DNA of 32,000 nucleotides. It comes from Geotalea uraniireducens Rf4. Lineage in GTDB: Bacteria > Desulfobacterota > Desulfuromonadia > Geobacterales > Geobacteraceae. The notes beneath the pieces were generated by a model. That model had not been told where the DNA came from, did not search any database, and saw only the letters and a list, made by a program, of their open reading frames with translations. The DNA lies in NCBI RefSeq assembly GCF_000016745.1, contig NC_009483.1, forward strand, positions 300,001 through 332,000, given 5' to 3'. Position numbers and translations under genes: made by a program. Shown one piece after another: positions 24,641 to 32,000 of the stretch (its first letter is position 1; each line of letters opens with the position of its first letter).

Positions 24641-25297
24641 TCAGAAATATGTGACCTCCAGCAAAGGTGCAAGAACGTCTCGATTCACTCCCGTGCTGTC
24701 GTCGATTTCGATCAGCCCGGGAGAAACTGGCCCCAAATCCTCCAATATGCGGATCTGGAAGTTGTCCAGGCCTCTAATCTGTGCTTCCGTCATCAATGGT
24801 GTCACATCAACCGCTACGTGGTTACCTACGTCGGCTTGGGAAATCGGCGGTGTGATCGTGACGAATGTCAGCGGCAACAGGATTGCCCGGTCAAAATCCG
24901 AGGCTTGCAACGTCGGTGGTTGAAAGAAAACAAGCTCGATACGAATTGGCACCGTGCCTGACAGCGGTTGGATGCTGTCGATCACTATATCGAGGGTCGC
25001 CGAGACAATGCTGGCGTTAACCGGGACCCCGTCCACGCCTCTCAACGGGAAATCCAGGAACGCCCGGAATTCCGTTCCGGTGGCAGGATTTATGCCGGCA
25101 AACACGCTTTGTACAGTTGAGCTCATGCCCTGTGTTATCGTGAAAGCACCGTTGACATCTTGCGCGATATCACCGTCAAACACGGGGTCACTGAGGATCT
25201 GGGTAACGATTCGCGGGGGCACACTGCTGTCGTCCCCGCACCCTGTCACGGTCAGGACTATGATCGCCATTACTGCCGCAAGGAGCATTCTTTTCAT
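24641..25297 (-). CDS. Lipoprotein, unknown function
   Basis: The start is at MKRMLLAAVMAIIVLTVTGCGDD (lipobox TGC), preceded by GGGAGG. I recognise no family. Confidence 0.6.
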   Translation of the reverse strand: MKRMLLAAVMAIIVLTVTGCGDDSSVPPRIVTQILSDPVFDGDIAQDVNGAFTITQGMSSTVQSVFAGINPATGTEFRAFLDFPLRGVDGVPVNASIVSATLDIVIDSIQPLSGTVPIRIELVFFQPPTLQASDFDRAILLPLTFVTITPPISQADVGNHVAVDVTPLMTEAQIRGLDNFQIRILEDLGPVSPGLIEIDDSTGVNRDVLAPLLEVTYF

Positions 25298-25478
25298 AGC
25301 TACCTCCCACTTTTTTATTTGAGAAGCCCTACCATTCTTTCCTCTGTCCCTACGGAAATGATACCAGAAGAAGAGCAAAACAAAAGGGGAATGGATTTTC
25401 ACTATGACTTGATGTTCGCCAGACAGCAGGGGGGACAACAGGTCAGACTGTCTTATCAAAAAGGCGGTCCGTCCCTGT

Positions 25479-26765
25479 TCAAGCCGGCTCTGATTGCTTC
25501 TGCTCGATCATATCGTGGAGCACGAGGCAAAGGTACTGCTGATCATCCAGCAGGGTGCCGCTGGCATGCACCTCCATGACGGCCAGGGACCGGTCATTAC
25601 GTGTCAGGTGGAGTTCGGCCCGGTTCGGTTTTCCGTCACGGAGTACGGTCTCGATGCAACGCTCGAAGGATTCCGGGTCGTCGGCAAGGATCTCCCTGAA
25701 CAACGTCCCTTCAAGCAGCCCGGGTGGATAACCCAACTGTACGGAAAACCCGGTGTTGGCCCGCACAATCCGGCAGGACCCGGCCTCCAGGATTGCCACG
25801 CCCATGGCAGCATGTTCAACTGCCGCGGCGTAGAGGCGCTCTGTCTCCTCCTCGCGCTGGGAGCCGAAGTATTTACCAAGCCCCCAGTTGCAGACGATGA
25901 TGCTCGCCAGTGAGATGAGGATGCAGCAGAAAAGGAAATACTGGAGCGTCTTGACCCCTTGCTGGTAGATCTGACGAACGAGCGTTATTTTCGCGAGCAA
26001 TGCGGGCCGGTTGTAGAGGTCGCCGATCAGGGCGAATCCGTTGAGCGTCTTGTCGTCAGCGCGGCGGACGCGGAAGGGGTTGGCGAGGGAGAGGGGCTTC
26101 TTCCCTTTGAACGGCGCTGCATTGAGGGATGCCTGGTCACAGGCAGAAATGTCCAGATGGAGGCGCGTCATATTGGCCAGCCGCGCGGTTTCCGCGGCGT
26201 CGATAAAACGCCCCATAATCAGGGTGCCGCGGATCGGCCCTTTCCCCGCGTTGGTGAGGACAGGTTTGGCGGCGACCAGCATGGGGGTGCCGTTCATCAC
26301 CAGGACTCCCTTGACCGTGCTTTCGGTAGAGCGGTGTTGCAGGAGGGGGCTCGACGCGGTGAGATGCTGTCCGAGCTCTGGCGGCAGCGGCACCGCTTTT
26401 GCCGTCCCGCGATCGAGTGCCTTTGCAAAGACTATTTCACCGGACGGACGGACGAAGGCGACAAGGTTGACGCGGAGTTTGGCCAGAGAGTCCTCGGCCA
26501 GGTTTGACTCGATGAACTCAGCGTTGCCGTCCTGCATGAAGCGGTAGGTGTCGTCCCAGGTCGCGTAGTCTCCGGTTGAAGATACCATGGAGTCGAGTTC
26601 GTTGTCGATGACGTTGACCACCCGCTGCAGGTGCTCCTTGGCGCTTGCTTTCTCGAGGGCGCGGTAGCTGGTGATGACGATGAACCTGGCGCTCAGGAGG
26701 AAAATGAGCAAGATCCCCAGCAGTCCTACGGTGATGGCGAAGAGGGTTTTCTGTTTCCTGTTCAT
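25479..26765 (-). CDS. Membrane sensor protein: CHASE4-like periplasmic domain plus PAS, with no output domain
   Basis: N-terminal transmembrane segment, DYATWDDTYRFMQDGNAEFIESNL (CHASE4 hallmark), a second transmembrane segment, then a PAS-like segment (AAVEHAAMGVAILEAGSCRIVRANTGF...). The protein ends right after the PAS domain. Confidence 0.7.
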   Translation of the reverse strand: MNRKQKTLFAITVGLLGILLIFLLSARFIVITSYRALEKASAKEHLQRVVNVIDNELDSMVSSTGDYATWDDTYRFMQDGNAEFIESNLAEDSLAKLRVNLVAFVRPSGEIVFAKALDRGTAKAVPLPPELGQHLTASSPLLQHRSTESTVKGVLVMNGTPMLVAAKPVLTNAGKGPIRGTLIMGRFIDAAETARLANMTRLHLDISACDQASLNAAPFKGKKPLSLANPFRVRRADDKTLNGFALIGDLYNRPALLAKITLVRQIYQQGVKTLQYFLFCCILISLASIIVCNWGLGKYFGSQREEETERLYAAAVEHAAMGVAILEAGSCRIVRANTGFSVQLGYPPGLLEGTLFREILADDPESFERCIETVLRDGKPNRAELHLTRNDRSLAVMEVHASGTLLDDQQYLCLVLHDMIEQKQSEPA

Positions 26766-26884
26766 GGCGTTCTTACCTCGGAGAATACAAGGGTGCAGTT
26801 TTTACGGGGGACTGTCGAGGCTCCCGTATTTTCGGATGAAGCAGCACGCCCATGCAAGCTGCGGATCGGCGGGCGGTGCAGCGT

Positions 26885-27805
26885 CTACCCATCCAGCAGC
26901 GCCTGGCGCTCCTCGGCGGAAATGGCGTCAACGTACTCCATCATGCCGCGCAGGGTGTTGCCGAGGAAGTAGCGTTCGCGAGCCTGGATGTCCTCCGGCA
27001 GTCGGCTTATGTTGCGGTAATGCTTGTCCCACTCCAGCAGCCAGGCGACGAGGGCTTCTTCCCGCCGCGTCTCTGAGGCCGCTGCGGTTGCCGCCACCCC
27101 CCTGACCCAGAGCAGGAGCTGGCTGCGAGCGATCCGCAGATGGTCGAGGGCTGTATCGACCAGGCCGTAGTGGGCGAAGACCATGGCGCGTGGGGCGAGG
27201 GCGATCATCCGGTCCAGGGAGTCGAGGGCGACCTGGAGGATAAAGCGGGGGGGCGTGGCCGGACGCATGAAGATCCCGTCGGGAACGTCGCAGCGCACGC
27301 CGGCCACCTCGCCGCCAAAGAGGAGGTCGTCCAGTAGATAGGAACAGTGGTGCTGGGCATGGCCGGGGGTGAGAAATGCGCGCACCCCGCTCCGGCCGAT
27401 GGTCTCGTCGAAGCGGATCCGCTCCGCCGGCACCGGCACGATTTCGCCATAGGCGTCTGCCAGTGGGCCGAGCACTTTACGGGAGCCTTCCCAGAGCTTT
27501 TCCGGCGACACCAGGTGGCGAATCCCCTCCGGATGGCAGATGACGGTCGCTCCGGGAAACTCCCGCAGGAGCGCGCCGGTCCCGCCGGCATGGTCGATGT
27601 GGATGTGGGTGAGCAGCACGTAGTCGAGGCGCTCTATCCCCTGCCGGCGAAGCTCGGTGCAGAGGCGAGGGATGGTGGAGAGAGGGCCGGGGTCGATGAG
27701 CAGGGTGAAGCCGTTGTCCCGGTAGAGCCAGGAGCTGATGAATTGGCGAAACCCTTCGAGGCTCGGCTGGTCCAGATCGATACAGGTGAGGTTTGCAGGA
27801 TTCAT
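26885..27805 (-). CDS. MBL-fold metallo-hydrolase
   Basis: 306 aa with the LLTHIHIDHAGG (HxHxDH) motif. Confidence 0.85.
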   Translation of the reverse strand: MNPANLTCIDLDQPSLEGFRQFISSWLYRDNGFTLLIDPGPLSTIPRLCTELRRQGIERLDYVLLTHIHIDHAGGTGALLREFPGATVICHPEGIRHLVSPEKLWEGSRKVLGPLADAYGEIVPVPAERIRFDETIGRSGVRAFLTPGHAQHHCSYLLDDLLFGGEVAGVRCDVPDGIFMRPATPPRFILQVALDSLDRMIALAPRAMVFAHYGLVDTALDHLRIARSQLLLWVRGVAATAAASETRREEALVAWLLEWDKHYRNISRLPEDIQARERYFLGNTLRGMMEYVDAISAEERQALLDG

Positions 27806-27982
27806 GCTGTTTCCTTATCCTTGTGAGAAGGTGAGGCGGATGCCATCCGATTGTTGCCCGGAGAAGAGGAGTTTGTCAACTTTTTAGAGCGAACCATACT
27901 TCTCGGTTACATCCCTTGCATTCCGCCAGTTTCCTGCAAGAATTTGAATAGAAAACAAAAACGCATGCGCAGGAGGTGGCAG

Positions 27983-28444
27983 ATGGAATTCAAGCTTACG
28001 AGCCCGGCCTTCAATCATGGTTCACAGATCCCGTCGAAATACACCTGCGACGGTGAGAACATCAACCCCCACCTGGTGATCCATGGGGTGCCGGAGAGGG
28101 CTAAGTCGCTGGCGCTTCTCATGGAGGACCCGGACGCTCCGGCGGGGCTTTGGGTCCATTGGGTGGTCTGGGACATTTTGCCGGAAACGAAGGAGATCGG
28201 GGAGCACACGGCGCCGAACGGGGCGTGGGAAGGGTTTAATAGCGGTGGGGAACAGGGCTACGTAGGGCCCTGCCCGCCGCCGGGAACGCACCGCTACTTC
28301 TTCCGGCTGTTCGCGCTGGACAGCAGGCTGAAGCTGCCGGAAGCCTCGACAAAGGAGGCGCTGGAAGCGGCGATGGTGGGGCATATCCTGGCGACGGCGG
28401 AGCTGATGGGAACATATGCCCGGACTAACGAAGCTCCGCTCTGA
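27983..28444 (+). CDS. YbhB/YbcL-family PEBP (Raf kinase inhibitor-like) protein
   Basis: LTSPAFNHGSQIPSKYTCDGENINP..., MEDPDAP, WVHWVVWDI and GPCPPPGTHRYFFRLFALD. The start is ATG 27983, after AGGAGG. Confidence 0.85.
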   Translation: MEFKLTSPAFNHGSQIPSKYTCDGENINPHLVIHGVPERAKSLALLMEDPDAPAGLWVHWVVWDILPETKEIGEHTAPNGAWEGFNSGGEQGYVGPCPPPGTHRYFFRLFALDSRLKLPEASTKEALEAAMVGHILATAELMGTYARTNEAPL

Positions 28445-28451
28445 GTGGCGC

Positions 28452-28514
28452 GATTCCGGGGACATCCATACTCATGTAATTGCAAAGGCGACTATTCGGT
28501 CGCCTTTGCTGTTT
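28452..28514 (+). repeat. Composite intergenic element, copy I
   Basis: GATTCCGGGGACATCCATACTCATGTAATTGCAAAGGCGACTATTCGGTCGCCTTTGCTGTTT. The hairpin 3' arm and tail are identical to the intron-occupied copy E. Confidence 0.85.
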
Positions 28515-28618
28515 ACGCCGCTCGGCTGCGCTTCTCCTTGGTTACCGCCGCGATTGATGGTATAGTGACGGCGGAACTTTGAGAAACCAGACAGAAGCGA
28601 TACGGAGAACCAGGATCG

Positions 28619-29605
28619 ATGCCCGAAAGCCCGCACCCTTTTCAAACCCTTACCCCCAGTTTCATCATGGACGCCGTCGAGAGCCAGGGGTTCCGCTGCG
28701 ATTGCCGCACCTTTGCCCTGAACAGCTACGAGAACCGTGTTTACCAGGTGGGCATCGACGAGGGGCAGCCGCTCATCGCCAAGTTTTACCGCCCCGGCCG
28801 GTGGAGCGATGCGCAGATCATCGAGGAACATCATTTCTGCCTTGAACTGGCCGAACATGAGCTGCCGGTGGTGGCGCCGATCACTAATGCTTCCGGGGAT
28901 AGCCTCTTTCATCATGACGGCTTTCGATTTGCCCTCTATCCGCGGCAGGGGGGGCATGCCCCGGAGTTCGACAACCTGGACAACCTGCTGATTCTCGGCC
29001 GCATGCTCGGCCGTATCCACAGCATCGGCGCAGTACGACCTTTTCTGCACCGGCCCACCCTCGACTGCCGGAGTTTCGGTTACGCCAGCGTGGCCCTGAT
29101 TGCTGGACGCTTCATCCCTGACGAGTACCGGCCAAGCTACGAGGCCGTCACCGGCCAACTGTTGGAGGCGATCGACGGGATCATGGCCGATGTTGGGCCG
29201 CTCCGGTACATCCGGGCTCATGGCGATTGTCATAGCGGCAATATCCTCTGGCGCGACGGTGCGCCGCATTTTGTAGATTTCGACGACGCTCGCATGGCAC
29301 CGGCGGTGCAGGACCTGTGGATGATGCTCTCCGGCGAGCGGCCGCGCCAGAACGCCCAGCTTGCCGAGCTGATCGAGGGCTACAGCGAGTTCTGCGACTT
29401 CCAGCCGCGGGAACTTCGTCTGATCGAAGCCCTGCGCGCCCTGCGCATGCTCCACTACAGCGCCTGGCTTGCCAGCCGCTGGACCGACCCGATCTTCCCC
29501 AGTACTTTTCCCTGGTTCAACACCGTGCGCTACTGGGGTGAGCAGATCATCCAGCTGCGCGAACAACTGGCGGCGCTCGCCGAACCGCCGCTGGAACTGC
29601 CGTGA
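28619..29605 (+). CDS. srkA: Stress-response serine/threonine kinase SrkA (YihE/RdoA)
   Basis: 328 aa. FQTLTPSFIMDAVESQGF...LNSYENRVYQV...KFYRPGRWSDAQIIEEHHF... is colinear with E. coli YihE. HGDCHSGNILW is the catalytic loop. Confidence 0.9.
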   Translation: MPESPHPFQTLTPSFIMDAVESQGFRCDCRTFALNSYENRVYQVGIDEGQPLIAKFYRPGRWSDAQIIEEHHFCLELAEHELPVVAPITNASGDSLFHHDGFRFALYPRQGGHAPEFDNLDNLLILGRMLGRIHSIGAVRPFLHRPTLDCRSFGYASVALIAGRFIPDEYRPSYEAVTGQLLEAIDGIMADVGPLRYIRAHGDCHSGNILWRDGAPHFVDFDDARMAPAVQDLWMMLSGERPRQNAQLAELIEGYSEFCDFQPRELRLIEALRALRMLHYSAWLASRWTDPIFPSTFPWFNTVRYWGEQIIQLREQLAALAEPPLELP

Positions 29606-29820
29606 AGAAGGGATACGGGCCTGAAATCGGCAGTTGCATGGTGCTCAATTAGAGGATATTTCGGAATTGGTTAAATATTTACTCATGTAATCGTCAATCA
29701 CAGCCGAAAAGACCCTTACGGTCTATTCCCTCACAGCGCTGACAACCAGCCACCGGCAGACCACGAAGACCTGGCGTTACCCGTGCCGCAACGAACTCTT
29801 CATCAACAGGAGATGCAGCG

Positions 29821-32000
29821 TTGAATATTTTCCGCCGGCTTTCCATACGGACCAAGCTCCTCATCATCATGCTGTTTGCCGGGTTGCCGGTCGTGCTGAC
29901 TGTTTGCTATAACTTGTATGGGAGCTACCGGGAAGATTACAGTGAAGCGGAACATGCCGCGCTGGTAACGGCCCAGGCCATTGCCTACCAGCATAATGCG
30001 CAGGTTGAAGGTGTCCGCAACCTCCTCACAACCCTGTCCCAATTTCCGGAAGTCAGACGCAAAGATAAAAAGGCGTGTGCCGGGATTTTCCGGGATATTC
30101 TCCGCCAGAGCCCTTCCAGCCTGAATATCGGCATTGCCGACACGCAGGGAAATATTATCGCCACCGGCGTACAGCCCCTTCCTTCCCGCTATAGTATCGA
30201 GGATAGAAAGTATTTCCAGGACGCCCTGAGAACGAAGCGGTTCAGTGTCGGAGAATATGTAATAAGCAGGGCCGTCGGCAAACCGACGATCCACTTTGCG
30301 CTGCCGGTGCTGGATGCGACCGGATCGCCCCTGTCGGTCTTGTATGCCGCCCTCGACCTCACCCAGTTCAACAGCCTTTTCGATGCCCAGAAGCTCCCCC
30401 CCAACTCCGCCCTCAACCTGACCGACTACAGGGGGGTCGTTCTTTACCGTTATCCCCTCCACAATATAATCAAGGGTGGCTTCGTGGACCGGCCGGACCT
30501 GCGCCGCCGGGTGACCGGTCCTCGTGACGAGGGAGCATTTGTCGATGTCGGCCTTGACGGCGTGAAGCGGTTACTCGCCTTCAAACGGCTGCGCCTCCAT
30601 CAGGATGAGCAACCATACCTCTATATCAGGGTTTCCATCCCGGAAAAGGCCGCCTTGGCAGGCGTGAAAAAATATATAGCAAATTCGGCGGCGATTTTTA
30701 TCGCAGCGTTACTGAGCGCCCTCGTCGTAACCCGGCTGCTGGCTGGGCGTTACTTGGTGAGCCCCATCGAACAACTCGCAGAAGCTTCCCAGGCGGTTAA
30801 GAACGGAGATCTGTCCGCCAGAACAGGCCTGTCTTACAGTGGCGACGAAATCAGCTTTCTTGCCCAATCCTTTGACGCCATGACGGAGTCTCTCGATGCC
30901 AGACTGCGTGAACGGGAGGTTGCTGAAGCTTTGCTCAAGGCGAGCGAAGAAAAGTTCCATGCGATTTTCGACCATATGAGCGATGCGATTTTAATACACG
31001 ACATGGCGACCGGCGCAATTCTCGATGTTAATCAGGCCATGTGCGGCATGTACGGCTACAGTCATGACGAGGCTTGCGCCATAGATGTCGAGGCCATCAG
31101 TCAGGGGGCCACGCCTTACACGCAGAAAGAAGCCATGGCCTGGATGGAGCTGGCTGCAAATGGAGAACCTCAACTTTTCGAATGGCTCTGCAAACACCGT
31201 GACGGACATCTTTTCTGGGTGGAAGTGAGTATGCGGCGGGCATCGATCGGCGGCATCGAGCGTTTGATCGTACTGGCGCGCGACATTTCCGAGCGCAAGG
31301 CGGCGGAAGACGAGAAGAAAAGCCTGATGGAGCAGTTGAACCAAGCCCAGAGGATGGAATCCGTAGGTCGACTGGCAGGGGGGATCGCCCATGATTTCAA
31401 CAACCTTTTGACGCCGATCATCGGTTTTGCCGACATAGCCCGGCGGGAAGCGCCCGAAAACAGCCCAACCGTAGAAAAAATGGAGCGCATCCTGCGTGCC
31501 GCATTCCGTGCAAAAGAGCTGGTCCAGCAGCTCCTGAGCTTCGGGCGCAAACAGTTACTGGACATGAAAATCACCGATCTCAACACGGTTGTCTCTTCGT
31601 TTGCCGAAATACTGCGCAGAACCATTCGCGAGAGTATCGACATCCGGCTGCGGCTTACGCCGGAATTGGACGGAATTTGTGCCGACAAGACCCACATTGA
31701 GCAGATCCTGATGAACTTGTTGGTCAATGCCCAGGACGCCATTGACGGCAAGGGGATAATATCCGTAGAAACCGCGCCTGTCGTGCTTGACGAGGAATAT
31801 GCCCGCCACCATGCCAATGTCATCCCGGGCCACTATGTCATGCTGGCTGTCAGCGACTCGGGTTGTGGGATGGATCGGGAAACACAGGATCATATCTTTG
31901 AGCCGTTTTTTACCACGAAAAAGGCGGGGGAGGGGACCGGACTCGGTTTGGCAACCGTCTACGGCATCGTTAAGCAACATGGGGGTAATGTCTGGGTTTA
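29821..32000 (+). CDS. Sensor histidine kinase (TM, Cache-like sensor, TM, HAMP, PAS, HisKA, HATPase), 3' end outside the window
   Basis: Not in the ORF track because it has no stop in the window. I translated 29821-31020 by hand and found no stop; the H-box and G-box regions further on (31381-, ~31930-) were spot-checked in the same frame. The first start codon after the in-frame TGA at 29740 is TTG 29821, with AGGAG at 29807-29811. H-box GGIAHDFNNLL; HAMP ...GDEISFLAQSFDAMTESL; G-box GTGLGLATVYGIV. Confidence 0.85.
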   Translation, partial: MNIFRRLSIRTKLLIIMLFAGLPVVLTVCYNLYGSYREDYSEAEHAALVTAQAIAYQHNAQVEGVRNLLTTLSQFPEVRRKDKKACAGIFRDILRQSPSSLNIGIADTQGNIIATGVQPLPSRYSIEDRKYFQDALRTKRFSVGEYVISRAVGKPTIHFALPVLDATGSPLSVLYAALDLTQFNSLFDAQKLPPNSALNLTDYRGVVLYRYPLHNIIKGGFVDRPDLRRRVTGPRDEGAFVDVGLDGVKRLLAFKRLRLHQDEQPYLYIRVSIPEKAALAGVKKYIANSAAIFIAALLSALVVTRLLAGRYLVSPIEQLAEASQAVKNGDLSARTGLSYSGDEISFLAQSFDAMTESLDARLREREVAEALLKASEEKFHAIFDHMSDAILIHDMATGAILDVNQAMCGMYGYSHDEACAIDVEAISQGATPYTQKEAMAWMELAANGEPQLFEWLCKHRDGHLFWVEVSMRRASIGGIERLIVLARDISERKAAEDEKKSLMEQLNQAQRMESVGRLAGGIAHDFNNLLTPIIGFADIARREAPENSPTVEKMERILRAAFRAKELVQQLLSFGRKQLLDMKITDLNTVVSSFAEILRRTIRESIDIRLRLTPELDGICADKTHIEQILMNLLVNAQDAIDGKGIISVETAPVVLDEEYARHHANVIPGHYVMLAVSDSGCGMDRETQDHIFEPFFTTKKAGEGTGLGLATVYGIVKQHGGNVWV

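Overview
High-GC chromosomal segment. Spot counts of single 60-nt lines give about 65% G+C in core genes. It is probably from a Geobacter-like Desulfuromonadota bacterium; this is inferred from the dapA-dapB-dapL arrangement, a GEMM-type leader and many sensor proteins, and was not verified. Core genes: dapA (partial), dapB, dapL, ppiC, nfi, srkA, an RluA-family pseudouridine synthase, two MFS transporters, an SDR, a PaaI thioesterase, an MBL-fold hydrolase, a PEBP protein, a CHASE4-PAS sensor and a large sensor histidine kinase. The kinase runs off the 3' edge and is absent from the ORF track. Positions 1.5-9.5 kb form a mobilome/conflict islet. It holds three toxin-antitoxin-like pairs (MNT/HEPN, DUF4160/DUF2442, MNT/truncated HepT). 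It also holds a sharply AT-rich two-gene cassette, an 11-bp tandem array split by an IS256-family element, and an IS4-family element. The cassette encodes a nucleoside 2-deoxyribosyltransferase-like protein translationally coupled to a dGTPase-like HD hydrolase, and it is my best candidate for an undescribed nucleotide-targeting defence module. A ~60-nt composite intergenic element (ATTCCGGGGACA module, ATACTTAATTCA module, GC-rich terminator hairpin, TTTGCTGTTT tail) recurs at least nine times. One copy is occupied, directly after the hairpin, by a class-C-like group II intron. Other points: a GEMM-I-like cyclic-dinucleotide riboswitch candidate ahead of an untracked 59-aa Cys-rich ORF, a 151-bp long-inverted-repeat element between dapA and dapB, and several decayed genes (hipA N-terminus, HAD, ADP-ribosylglycohydrolase). 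All calls come from reading motifs by eye; no database search was possible.
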